NCBI GenBank assembly: GCA_028713675.1
Contig: JAQTNV010000010.1
Span: 12,369 to 76,368, forward strand
Length of the DNA stretch: 64,000 nucleotides
Origin: a bacterium
Lineage (GTDB): Bacteria; Desulfobacterota; JAPLJL01
Direction: 5' to 3'
The translations under genes and the position numbers were made by a program. The notes beneath the pieces are model-generated. The model saw only the letters and a list, made by a program, of their open reading frames with translations. It had not been told where the DNA came from and searched no databases. Shown here in pieces: positions 29,690 to 38,567 of this stretch; within the stretch, counting starts at the first letter, position 1; each line of letters starts with the position of its first letter.

Positions 29690-30502
29690 ATGACGTATTT
29701 ACAAGCGGAAGCCTTTTCCCTGAAAAAAGCCCTGACCATTTCCCTCCTGATTCATTTCCTGGTCATTTTATACATCGTGTTCGAGCCCCGGCTTTTTCCT
29801 TCCCCCGCCATCCCCCTGATCCCGGTCTACCGGGTCAACCTGGTTTCCCTCCCGGCCCCTCCCGCGCCCGAGGTGGTCACGCCGTCGCCGACGGTTGAGG
29901 CTCCCGCGCCTGTTCCCCCGGCCCCGCCCGTCCAGGCGGCACCCCCGGTCAAGGCCGCCCCGCCCGTCCAGGCCGCACCCCCGGTCAAGGCCAGTCCCAA
30001 ACTTCATTCCCAGGCCGTGAAAAAATCCCCGGCCTCAACCCGGCCGGCGAAAAAAACCGCGGCCGCTAAAACCGCGGCCGCCAAAGCCAAAGATTCCTTC
30101 GCAAAATCCCTGGACCACAGCCGGGAGCTGGGCCAGGCGATCGCCTCGATCAAGAAAAACCTGATCGAAAAGATCGAGTCCCAGACGGAATCGGACCTGG
30201 TGGTTCTGAATCCCAGCGCCGGATCGGAAAATTCCGACCCGGAGTTTCAGCGCTATCTCGAGGGGGTCTCCCGGAAAATCAAATCCGCCTGGGCCTATCC
30301 AGCGGCCAAGCCCCGGCAGCAGCTGATCGTGAGCATCAAGATCCGCGCGGATGGTCAGGTCACGGACGCCAAGATTGAAAAAAGCTCCCTGGACCAGGCC
30401 TACGACGCCTCGGCCCTCCGGGCCCTGCAGAAGGCCAATCCGCTGCCGCCCCTGCCCTCGCTTCGCTATGGACGAATCCTGGAAATCGGGTTACGTTTTT
30501 GA
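29690..30502 (+). CDS. tolA: TolA (membrane anchor, Pro/Ala-rich repeat linker, TonB/TolA C-terminal domain)
   Basis: N-terminal TM helix. Tandem PVQAAPPVKAAPPVQAAPPVKA repeats. C-terminal domain ending ...ALRALQKANPLPPLP. Confidence 0.75.
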   Translation: MTYLQAEAFSLKKALTISLLIHFLVILYIVFEPRLFPSPAIPLIPVYRVNLVSLPAPPAPEVVTPSPTVEAPAPVPPAPPVQAAPPVKAAPPVQAAPPVKASPKLHSQAVKKSPASTRPAKKTAAAKTAAAKAKDSFAKSLDHSRELGQAIASIKKNLIEKIESQTESDLVVLNPSAGSENSDPEFQRYLEGVSRKIKSAWAYPAAKPRQQLIVSIKIRADGQVTDAKIEKSSLDQAYDASALRALQKANPLPPLPSLRYGRILEIGLRF

Positions 30503-30757
30503 AAGAAGGTGTTACATGCAGCAATTTAAGCCTTCGATATTACAGGAAAAAATGAAAAGCTCTAACATCATCAAACCCTTTGGAGTACATTAGCTTGCTG
30601 ATGCGATGCGTCCCGCCAGTGGCGGGAGGCACTCTAAAAATACTATTATGGATTGCAATAGTTTTCTGATACTCTGCAAAAGCAAGCTTTTGCGCTCCAT
30701 AAAGATATATCTGATAAGAATATTTGTAACACCCTCTAAAAACCAAAGGAGGAGATA

Positions 30758-32107
30758 ATGGAAAACCGATCAAATTCTCTCCCGACGAACCCCAAACGGA
30801 ATCTCCGGAAACTTCCCGGGTTATTCCTTTTGGCTGCTCTGTTTATCCTCGGGCCACTGATTCTGGCCTCCGTGGCGGAAAAGGTCTACATCGATATCGG
30901 AAGCCCGGGAGCCAAAAAGTTCCCGATCGCCATTCCCGCCCCGGCTCCGACCGCCGGCGCCCCCGCGGCCCTGGCGGGGAAGATCGCCTCGACCCTGAAA
31001 TTCGATCTCGAGCTTTCCGGCCTCTTCAAGATTCTTCCTCCCGAGTCCTACCTGAAACCGGGGCTCCCCTCGGGGGCCGAGGATTTCGCCTCCTGGCGCA
31101 CAATCGGGGCGGAGGGCCTGGTCCGGGTTAAATATGCCCAGAAGGACCAGAAGCTCTCCATTACCGCCGAGATCTACGATCCGGTCCAGGGCATTTCCCT
31201 CTCCGGAAAGGTTTTTACCGGCAGCCCCGAGAGCTGCGCGGCCCTCACCCACCAGCTCGCCAACGAGGTGGTGCGGGCCTTTACCGGCACCCCCGGCCTC
31301 TTCGGCAGCCGGATCGCCTATGAATCCAACCGGAGCGGGCGCAAGGAAATCTTCATTTCCGATCTCGATCAGACCCACGAGCTGCAGATCACCAGCAATC
31401 GCCGGCTGAATTTGAGCCCGGCCTGGTCCCCGGACGGCTCGCAGATCCTTTACACCTCCTATCTCAAACGCAACCCCGACCTGTACCGCTACGACCTCCG
31501 GTCCGGCAAATCGGAAAGCGTCGCCCACTTCCCGGGCCTGAACCTGGGGCCGGTCTTCTCCCCGTCGGGAAAAGAGCTCGCCCTGACCCTTTCCCGGGAT
31601 AACGACGCGGAAATCTACGTGCAGAACCTGGCCAGCAAGGAAATGACCCGCCTGACCAACAACCAGGTGATCGACGTGCAGCCCTCCTATTCCCCCGACG
31701 GGAAGAAAATCGCCTTTACCAGCTCCCGGGCGGGCTCGCCCCAGATTTACGTCATGGATTCCGACGGGAAAAACGCCGTCCGGCTGACCTTCCAGGGCTC
31801 CTACAACTGCTCCCCGGCCTGGTCCCCGCGGGGCGACCGGATCGCCTACACCCGCCAGGAAAATAACCGCTTCTCGCTCTTTACCATCAAACCCGACGGC
31901 ACGGAGGACACCCTCCTGGTGGGGGACGCGGGCAGCAACGAAGACCCGGCTTGGTCCCCGGATGGGCGCCTGATCGCTTTCTCCACGAACCGCACCGGCG
32001 ACTATGACATCTGGGTGGTGAATTTCGACGGCAGCACCCCCCGGGCGCTGATCACCCGGAAGGGATCGAACGAAACCGCGCCGGCGTGGTCCGCGGTCGC
32101 TCCCTGA
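30758..32107 (+). CDS. tolB: TolB periplasmic beta-propeller protein
   Basis: Signal peptide. Repeated PAWSPDG, PSYSPDGKKIAFTSSR and PAWSPRGDRIAYT blades. Confidence 0.9.
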   Translation: MENRSNSLPTNPKRNLRKLPGLFLLAALFILGPLILASVAEKVYIDIGSPGAKKFPIAIPAPAPTAGAPAALAGKIASTLKFDLELSGLFKILPPESYLKPGLPSGAEDFASWRTIGAEGLVRVKYAQKDQKLSITAEIYDPVQGISLSGKVFTGSPESCAALTHQLANEVVRAFTGTPGLFGSRIAYESNRSGRKEIFISDLDQTHELQITSNRRLNLSPAWSPDGSQILYTSYLKRNPDLYRYDLRSGKSESVAHFPGLNLGPVFSPSGKELALTLSRDNDAEIYVQNLASKEMTRLTNNQVIDVQPSYSPDGKKIAFTSSRAGSPQIYVMDSDGKNAVRLTFQGSYNCSPAWSPRGDRIAYTRQENNRFSLFTIKPDGTEDTLLVGDAGSNEDPAWSPDGRLIAFSTNRTGDYDIWVVNFDGSTPRALITRKGSNETAPAWSAVAP

Positions 32108-32206
32108 ACGGGTCCCGAAAATGATTGTCAATATATGTTAAGATGAAAAAGAGGAAGCATTATGACTGAAGAAAACCAGAAAGATAAAGTAAAAAAGGAG
32201 GGTGGG

Positions 32207-33109
32207 ATGAATTTGTTCCAAAAGAGAATGTTTGGATCTCTTTTAGTTACCCTGGGAGTCGCGGCGCTGGTAATCCTCTCCGCCTGCGCCAAGCCCCCGA
32301 TCAAGGAAATCGCCACCGCCGAAGCGGCCCTGGAAAAGGCGCGCACGGCCGAGGCCCCCACCTACGCCCCGGAAACTTTCAAGAGCGCCGAGGACATCCT
32401 CGCCCAGGCCAAGACCGAGATGCAGAAAAAGAAATACAAACCGGCCAAGAAAGACGCCATCAACGCCCGGCTCCTGGCCGAGCGGGCCCTGGATGAGGCC
32501 GTCAAGAACAAGGCCGCCCAGGAGGCCGTACAGCCCAAAGCCCCCGGTCTGACCGAGGAGGAAAAAGCCGCCGGCCCCACTGTCCAGCCGCAGGAAATCT
32601 CGGTGGCCGAGCTCCAGAAACAGCAGACCGGGACCGGCTCCCTGGATGAAGGAATGAAGATTTCGTCCCTGGAAGCTGTCCATTTCAATTTCGACGATTT
32701 CAGCCTCTCTGAAGAAGCCCGCCAGACCCTGGCCAAGAACGCGGAATGGTTGAAAAAATACAATGTCGTGATCCAGATCGAAGGCCACTGCGACGAGCGC
32801 GGCGCCAACGAATACAACCTCGCCCTGGGCGAGAAAAGGGCCAAGACCGCCCGCGATTACCTGGTGGCTCTCGGCATTGACGCTTCCCGGCTGACGATCA
32901 TCAGTTACGGGGAAGAAATCCCGGTCGACCCCGGCAGCAGCGAAGCCGCCTGGGCCAAGAACCGGCGGGCCGAATTCATTGTCACAAAAATGAACGACAA
33001 GCAGCCGGAGACCGGTGTCAAACAGCCGGAAACCGGCATCAAGCAGCCGGAGGCCGGGATTACACAGCCGGAAACCGGCATTAAGCAGCCGGAAACCGGC
33101 AGCAAGTAG
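32207..33109 (+). CDS. pal: Peptidoglycan-associated lipoprotein Pal (OmpA-like domain) with five C-terminal KQPETGI heptapeptide repeats
   Basis: Lipobox LVILSAC. OmpA-like core (NVVIQIEGHCDERGANEYNLALGEKRAKTARDYL). RBS aaggaggg before the ATG at 32207. Tandem 21-bp repeat at 32995-33100. Confidence 0.85.
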   Translation: MNLFQKRMFGSLLVTLGVAALVILSACAKPPIKEIATAEAALEKARTAEAPTYAPETFKSAEDILAQAKTEMQKKKYKPAKKDAINARLLAERALDEAVKNKAAQEAVQPKAPGLTEEEKAAGPTVQPQEISVAELQKQQTGTGSLDEGMKISSLEAVHFNFDDFSLSEEARQTLAKNAEWLKKYNVVIQIEGHCDERGANEYNLALGEKRAKTARDYLVALGIDASRLTIISYGEEIPVDPGSSEAAWAKNRRAEFIVTKMNDKQPETGVKQPETGIKQPEAGITQPETGIKQPETGSK

Positions 33110-33115
33110 AAAGAA

Positions 33116-33152
33116 ACCAGTTTCTAGTTTCGAGTTTCGGGTTTCGAGTTTG
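33116..33152 (+). repeat. Stop-codon-adjacent GTTTCGA-heptamer element (3' of pal)
   Basis: The sequence ccagtttctagtttcgagtttcgggtttcgagtttg begins 7 nt after the pal TAG. Confidence 0.65.
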
Positions 33153-33271
33153 AAATTCTCGGAATTTTTTACGGAATGTCATTTCTGCGAACATGTCCGA
33201 CGACCTGTCCTCCGAAGCCTTGGCGTAGGAGGGAGCCTTGGCGAAGTCGGAAGCAGGAATCCAGGGGTTTT

Positions 33272-34126
33272 ATGAAGATTTCTTTTCGCTTTCTTCTTTT
33301 CACTCTTTGCTCCCTGCTCCCTGCCCTTTGTCTATTCCCCGGCTGTCTGCTCCTGACCAGTAACGACGGCATCGTCATCTCCGCCCGGCTGGATACCCTC
33401 GAGTCCAAGGTCAACCGGCTGGACCAGGACCTGCCCCGGCTCAAGGCCCAGAGCGAAGCCAACCAGAAGGAGCTCGAGCGGCTCACCCGCCAGCAGGCCG
33501 ACCTGCTGAACCAGATCGAGCAGATCAAGCAGACCATCCTCTCCCTCGGGGGAAAATTCGAGGAAGGGGAATCCCTGTTTGCCCGGCTGAAAACCCTGGA
33601 AGGGGAAGTCCAGGAACAGGCCGCCCAGGTCAAGCTGCATGCCGACCGGGCCCGGGAGCAGAACGACCGCCTGGCCAAGTTGGAAGGGATCATTTCCCCG
33701 GGCGGGCAGGTAGACGCCCAGAAACTGACCCCGAAATGGGCCAACGAGGAAGCCGGCTACCGGGAAGCCTACTCGAATTATCAGGGGAAAAAATACGATC
33801 TGGCCCGGGCCAAGTTTGAAAAGCTCATCGAGCTTTACCCCGGAGGCCAGTTCTCCGAAAGCGCCCGTTATTGGATCGGGGAATGTTACTTCAACCTCAA
33901 GGATTACGAGCGGGCTCTACTGAGTTTCAACGAAGTGATCGAGAAGTATCCGAAAAGCGACAAGGTCCCCGGCGCTTATCTGAAACTGGGGCTTTCCTTC
34001 CTCGAGCTTGGCCAGCAGAAGGAAGCCCAGATGGCCTTCGAAACCCTGCTTTCCAAGTTTCCCAAATCCGACGCCGCCAAAACCGCCAAGGAAAAGCTGA
34101 AAAAAATGAGGAAGAAGGGAAAGTGA
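33272..34126 (+). CDS. cpoB: Tol-Pal system protein CpoB/YbgF (coiled coil plus TPR)
   Basis: Signal peptide MKISFRFLLFTLCSLLPALC, a long coiled-coil region, and a C-terminal TPR (YWIGECYFNLKDYERALLSFNEVIEKYPKSDKVPGAYLKLG). Confidence 0.8.
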   Translation: MKISFRFLLFTLCSLLPALCLFPGCLLLTSNDGIVISARLDTLESKVNRLDQDLPRLKAQSEANQKELERLTRQQADLLNQIEQIKQTILSLGGKFEEGESLFARLKTLEGEVQEQAAQVKLHADRAREQNDRLAKLEGIISPGGQVDAQKLTPKWANEEAGYREAYSNYQGKKYDLARAKFEKLIELYPGGQFSESARYWIGECYFNLKDYERALLSFNEVIEKYPKSDKVPGAYLKLGLSFLELGQQKEAQMAFETLLSKFPKSDAAKTAKEKLKKMRKKGK

Positions 34127-34138
34127 TCAACTGTTTAA

Positions 34139-34309
34139 GGTAGGTGGTAGGTAGCAGGTGGTAGGTGGTAGGTGGTAGGTGGTAGGTGGTAGGTGGTAGG
34201 TGATAGGTGGTAGGTAGTAGGTAGTAGGTAGTAGGTAGTAGGTAGTAGGTAGTAGGTAGTAGGTAGTAGGTAGTAGGTAGTAGGTAGTAGGTAGTAGGTA
34301 GTAGGTAGT
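34139..34309. repeat. Long tandem heptanucleotide array (GGTAGGT / AGTAGGT, about 24 units)
   Basis: About 170 bp of perfect 7-nt periodicity immediately after cpoB, bordering the AT-rich islet. Confidence 0.9.
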
Positions 34310-34356
34310 AGACCCCCGGAAACCGATTTAACTCTTTTTTAAAATTCCATTTAAAT

Positions 34357-34842
34357 TTAATGACCCAGTGAAAATCCTAATATTTTGCCATTAGTACGAT
34401 CTATAAATACAAAACCATTAAACGCACCTGGAATAGGAGGAAATACTTTTAATTGAAAATAAATTGCCCAATAATTCTTCCCTCCTAAATGCATTTCTTG
34501 AATATTTGGTGAAAGCCAAATCCTTGGATTTCTATATACTTCGTCGTTCCATCTAGTATTATTGTCATCTGCTTTTATTCCAACTGTTTCTTTACCCCAA
34601 GATGGATCGTTTGTCTTTTTTATCAAACCAGCTCTAGCAATTTTTATCGCTTCCGACAAAGTGATGTTCGTTGTTTTCCCGGAAGGATAAGAAAATTCTA
34701 TCGATTTTATAGGAGAAGGATTCTTCTCCGCCTTTGAAGCTTCAGGAGTATGACTGGGAGAGCAATTCAAACATACCAGGAAGGTACAAACAACCCATAG
34801 TGAACAAACAACTCGCATAGAGGTATTATAAATCATTTTCAA
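34357..34842 (-). CDS. Hypothetical small secreted protein encoded in an AT-rich islet
   Basis: The ORF lies entirely in a roughly 530-bp segment of markedly lower GC (visually about 35-40%) than its surroundings. N-terminal hydrophobic Cys-rich signal (VVCSLWVVCTFLVCLNCS). Confidence 0.5.
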   Translation of the reverse strand: MKMIYNTSMRVVCSLWVVCTFLVCLNCSPSHTPEASKAEKNPSPIKSIEFSYPSGKTTNITLSEAIKIARAGLIKKTNDPSWGKETVGIKADDNNTRWNDEVYRNPRIWLSPNIQEMHLGGKNYWAIYFQLKVFPPIPGAFNGFVFIDRTNGKILGFSLGH

Positions 34843-34920
34843 CTTGATAATTCCTCGCGGCTGCGGGGTTGCCTTATTCCGTCATTCCGGGCTTGACTAA
34901 GCCTGCCCCGGACCTGATCC

Positions 34921-34971
34921 GGGGGAATCCAGTATTTTTTCCGCCTGGATTCCTGCTTCCGCAGGAATGAC
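34921..34971. repeat. GAAA-loop hairpin repeat, extended form
   Basis: The sequence gggggaatccagtattttttccgcctggattcctgcttccgcaggaatgac flanks the AT-rich islet. Confidence 0.7.
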
Positions 34972-35043
34972 AACAGACAAAATAAAGGTTTAATAAATTA
35001 GATACCCCGCGGCTTTCCACGGGAAGATTAATTCGGATGTGGA

Positions 35044-36489
35044 CTATTTTCCCAGGCGGGATTTGAGGAGCTCGCCCACCCGCTTGGGGTTGGCCTTGCC
35101 TTTGCTTTTCTTCATTACCTGACCGGTTAGAAACTGAAGAAGTTTCTCCTCACCGGATTTGAAGCGTTCCACTTCCTTGGGGCTATCCTTGATTACTTCG
35201 TCAATGATTCCGATCAGGGCCGACTCGTCCGAAACCTGGGACAGGCCCTGCTCCTGAACGATTTTCTCCGGGTCCTGGCCGTTCTTATACGACTCCTCGA
35301 GCACCTTTTTTCCGACCAGCCCGGAAATTTTCCCCTCATCCACCATCTTGATGATCCGCGCCAGGTTTTGCGGGGTCATCTTGACCGGGCCTCCGCCCTC
35401 CGCCCAGTAAATTCTTAAAAATTCTCCGGTCACCCAGTTGCTCACCTTCTTGGGCTCCGGATGGATTTTGACGGTTTCGTCAAAAAAATCGGAGACGGGC
35501 TTGGCGGCCACCAGGACCTCGGCGTCATATCGGGTCAGGCCCAGGTCCCGGACGAAGCGGTCCGCTTTTTCCTGGGGAAGCTCAGGTATTTTCTTTTTCA
35601 GCTCTTCCACCCAGGAATTTTCCAGAACCAGGGGCAGAAGGTCGGGCTCGGGAAAATAGCGGTAGTCATGGGCCTCTTCCTTGCCCCGCATCGGCAGGGT
35701 GACCTCATTATCGGGATCCCAGAGCAGGGTTTCCTGAACCACCTTTTTCCCCTCCGAGACGAGCGCGATCTGCCTTTGGATCTCCTTGGCCAGGGCTTTC
35801 TCCACGTTTTTGAAGGAGTTCATGTTCTTGAGCTCGGTCTTGACCCCCAGGGCGGTTTCGCCGCGGCGGCGGACGGAAACGTTAGCGTCGCAGCGAAGGG
35901 ACCCCTCCTCCATTTTCCCGTCGCAAACCCCCAGGTAAACCAGGATCGCGGCCAGGCGGCGGAGATAATCCCCGGCCTCCTCCGGAGTCCGGAGATCCGG
36001 TTCCGAAACGATCTCCATCAGAGGCACCCCGGCACGGTTCAGGTCCACGAAGCTCGATCCGGAATCCGCGCCTTCCCCGTGCACGAGCTTCCCGGCATCC
36101 TCCTCCAGATGGACCCGGGTGATCCCGATCTTCCGGAGCCCGTTCCCGCCCGCGGGGATCTCGAGCGAGCCCCGGAGCGCCAGGGGTGACTCATACTGGG
36201 AGATCTGGTAGCCCTTGGGCAGGTCCGGGTAGAAATAATTCTTCCGGGCGAAGACCGAGCGGGGAGGGATTTCCTCGCAATGCAGGGCCAGGGAGGTCAT
36301 GATCGCGAATTCCACCACCTTCCGGTTGATTACCGGCAGGACCCCGGGCATCCCCAGGCAGACCGGGCAGGTATGGCTGTTCGGCTGGTCCCCGAACCGG
36401 GTCGAGCAGCCGCAGAAGATCTTGGACTGGGTCTGGAGCTGGGCGTGGACCTCGAGGCCGATTACTGATTCAAAAGCTTTATCATTCAT
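35044..36489 (-). CDS. gatB: Asp-tRNA(Asn)/Glu-tRNA(Gln) amidotransferase subunit B
   Basis: Motif [19 protein letters not shown]...[13 protein letters not shown]-terminal YqeY-like tail. Confidence 0.9.
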   Translation of the reverse strand: MNDKAFESVIGLEVHAQLQTQSKIFCGCSTRFGDQPNSHTCPVCLGMPGVLPVINRKVVEFAIMTSLALHCEEIPPRSVFARKNYFYPDLPKGYQISQYESPLALRGSLEIPAGGNGLRKIGITRVHLEEDAGKLVHGEGADSGSSFVDLNRAGVPLMEIVSEPDLRTPEEAGDYLRRLAAILVYLGVCDGKMEEGSLRCDANVSVRRRGETALGVKTELKNMNSFKNVEKALAKEIQRQIALVSEGKKVVQETLLWDPDNEVTLPMRGKEEAHDYRYFPEPDLLPLVLENSWVEELKKKIPELPQEKADRFVRDLGLTRYDAEVLVAAKPVSDFFDETVKIHPEPKKVSNWVTGEFLRIYWAEGGGPVKMTPQNLARIIKMVDEGKISGLVGKKVLEESYKNGQDPEKIVQEQGLSQVSDESALIGIIDEVIKDSPKEVERFKSGEEKLLQFLTGQVMKKSKGKANPKRVGELLKSRLGK

Positions 36490-36645
36490 AGTTCAAAGTC
36501 CAAAGGTCAAAGGTCAAAGTTCGAAGGAAAGATATAAAACAGCATCAGCAAGCTGATGCGCTCCAAAAAAGAAAACCCTGAATTCCGGCTTCCTCCTGCG
36601 CCGAGGCTTCGGAGGACAAGTCCGCCGGAATGACGATATTTATTT

Positions 36646-36680
36646 TTTACTGCTTACTGCCTACTCCTTACTGTTTACTG
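36646..36680. repeat. Tandem heptamer array (TTACTGC / CTACTCC units)
   Basis: Sequence ttactgcttactgcctactccttactgtttactgg. Confidence 0.7.
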
Positions 36681-36716
36681 GGAGCGAAGCTCCCTGCTGC
36701 CTACTTCTTACTGACA

Positions 36717-36741
36717 GCGCAGCCTAAAGGCTGCGGCTACC
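36717..36741 (-). repeat. REP palindrome with compensatory stem changes
   Basis: The sequence gcgcagcctaaaggctgcggctacc has the same architecture and CTACC end as the other copies. The stem is GCAGCCT/AGGCTGC rather than CAGGCT/AGCCTG. Confidence 0.6.
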
Positions 36742-36763
36742 TTAGAATGACAAATAAATATAT

Positions 36764-36806
36764 TTCAATCGTCAATCGTAAATCGTCAATCGTCAATCGT
36801 CAATTT
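36764..36806. repeat. Tandem heptamer array (AATCGTC units); a second copy lies at 36891-36922
   Basis: The sequence caatcgtcaatcgtaaatcgtcaatcgtcaatcgtcaatt is repeated about 85 bp downstream. Confidence 0.7.
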
Positions 36807-36920
36807 GCGCCTTGCGCTCTGCTTTTCGCAAGGCTAAAGCCTTGCCCTACATTTGCCCTATGCCCTTTGCGATCACAAATCAGGTTTTCACTCGTCAATC
36901 GTAAATCGTCAATCGTCAAT

Positions 36921-37856
36921 TTATTTTATGACTCCTTTGAGGATGGGGGCGAGTGTCTTTTTCAGCCGAGCAGGGATGGCTTTCGGGTCGGTGACAATGG
37001 CGTCCTTCAAGGCCTGGCTGCAGACGCAATTCCTCGCTTCCGGCAAATGGGGGATCGCGCCCGCGATCATTTCCTTGGCCTTGCCGATGGTGGCCTTCAT
37101 TACCTTGATCACATCCTCGATCTCGACCTCGCCTTCCCGCTCGTTCCAGCAGTCGTAGTCGGTGACCATCGCCACCGTGGCGTAGCAGATCTCGGCCTCG
37201 CGGGCGAGGCGGGCTTCCGGGAGGTTGGTCATCCCGATCACCGAAACCCCCCACTGGCGGTAGATGTCGGACTCCGCCCGGGTGGAAAACTGCGGCCCCT
37301 CGATGCAGATGTAGGTCCCCTGCCGGTGCAGCCGGAAGCCCTTTTCCTCGCCGACCCGGGCCAGGATCCCGGCCATGACCGGGCAGACCGGGTGGGCCAG
37401 GGCCACGTGCGCGACGATCTCTCGGGAGAAAAAGGTGCGGGGCCGGGCGGCGGTCCGGTCGAAGAACTGGTCGGGCAGAACGATATCGCCGGGATGGATC
37501 TCCTCGCGCATGCTCCCCACCGCGCTGACCGAGAAGATGCGCTCGGTGCCGAGCAGCTTGAAGCCGAAGATGTTGGCGCGGAAATTGATATCCCCGGGCG
37601 GGATCCGGTGGCCGCGGCCGTGGCGGGCCAGGAAGGCCAGGCGCCGGCCGCCCATCCGGCCGATCACGAACGGGTCGGAGGGTTCCCCGAAGGGGGTCTT
37701 GACCCTGACCTCCCGGATGTCGGTAAGTCCGGGCATCTCGTAAAGCCCCACCCCCCCGATCACCCCGATGGTCCCGGCCTCAAAAATTTTATTGCTTTTT
37801 TTACCAACCGAAATGTGGGGTTTCTTTTTCTTGCGTTTCATTCGTTTCCCCTTCAT
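36921..37856 (-). CDS. mtnP: S-methyl-5'-thioadenosine phosphorylase (purine nucleoside phosphorylase family)
   Basis: TIGVIGGVGLYE near the N-terminus, plus PNP-family motifs. The basic N-terminal extension of the ORF (MKGKRMKRKKKK...) is probably not translated, so the start is uncertain. Confidence 0.8.
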   Translation of the reverse strand: MKGKRMKRKKKKPHISVGKKSNKIFEAGTIGVIGGVGLYEMPGLTDIREVRVKTPFGEPSDPFVIGRMGGRRLAFLARHGRGHRIPPGDINFRANIFGFKLLGTERIFSVSAVGSMREEIHPGDIVLPDQFFDRTAARPRTFFSREIVAHVALAHPVCPVMAGILARVGEEKGFRLHRQGTYICIEGPQFSTRAESDIYRQWGVSVIGMTNLPEARLAREAEICYATVAMVTDYDCWNEREGEVEIEDVIKVMKATIGKAKEMIAGAIPHLPEARNCVCSQALKDAIVTDPKAIPARLKKTLAPILKGVIK

Positions 37857-37909
37857 TTAATCGAGATTGCTTCGTCGCTTGCGCTTCTCGCAATGACAAT
37901 TCTTCCAGA

Positions 37910-37980
37910 CTGGATTCCCGCTTTCGCGGGAATGACGGAATTAGCATGGATACTCCCGCCTTGGGCGGTACGGGAATGAC
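37910..37980. repeat. GAAA-loop hairpin repeat (ctggattcccgctttcgcgggaatgacgg) followed by a second gggaatgac end
   Basis: Lies between mtnP and ndk. Generates the spurious peptide WIPAFAGMT at the C-terminus of shadow ORF 36630..37979. Confidence 0.65.
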
Positions 37981-37987
37981 TTTCGAG

Positions 37988-38024
37988 AAAACAACCCGAA
38001 ACCAGAAACCCGAAACTCGGAACT
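37988..38024 (-). repeat. Stop-codon-adjacent GTTTCGA-heptamer element (3' of ndk, sense on the minus strand)
   Basis: The reverse complement reads agttccgagtttcgggtttctggtttcgggttgttt. Lies 15 nt 3' of the ndk stop. Confidence 0.65.
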
Positions 38025-38038
38025 GATTTATGCTTGAA

Positions 38039-38467
38039 TTACCCGGCCTGGATCCCGATGATCTCCAGCCGGTTGAAGAAGTTGGGAATCTCGTAGTCCG
38101 CCGAGGCTTTCGAATCGGAGCCGTGGATGATGTTGTACCGGATGGAATCCGCGAATTCATTCCGGATGGTGCCCTTCTCGGCCTTCTTGGGATCGGTGGT
38201 GCCCATGATCTGCCGCACCCGGGTAATCGCCCTTTCCCCTTCCAGCACGCAGGCGATGATGGGGCCGGAGGTCATGAACTGGACCAGTTCCTCGAAAAAG
38301 GGCTGTTCCTTGTGAACCTGGTAAAAGCCCTCCGCCTGGGACCGGTTGATCCGGACCAGCTTGATGGCCCGGATATCCAGGCCGTTGCTCTCGAAACGCT
38401 TGAGGATCTCACCGACCAGATGCTTCTTGACTCCATCCGGCTTGATCAAAATCAGGGTCTGCTCCAT
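38039..38467 (-). CDS. ndk: Nucleoside diphosphate kinase
   Basis: Motifs ILIKPDGV and NIIHGSD (active-site His). Confidence 0.9.
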   Translation of the reverse strand: MEQTLILIKPDGVKKHLVGEILKRFESNGLDIRAIKLVRINRSQAEGFYQVHKEQPFFEELVQFMTSGPIIACVLEGERAITRVRQIMGTTDPKKAEKGTIRNEFADSIRYNIIHGSDSKASADYEIPNFFNRLEIIGIQAG

Positions 38468-38567
38468 TTTTCCTTTCCTTCTTGGATCTGCTGAAAAAAT
38501 CCGGTCTGAATTTAGACTTTATCGCGGGCGATTCCTTGGTTTCGGCGGGTTTTGGGGTATTTCCAAT

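Noticed and set aside
30517-30600. 27-codon ORF (MQQFKPSILQEKMKSSNIIKPFGVH) in the tolA-tolB spacer
   Set aside because: No RBS and no conservation evidence. The region is AT-rich, where random ORFs are expected.
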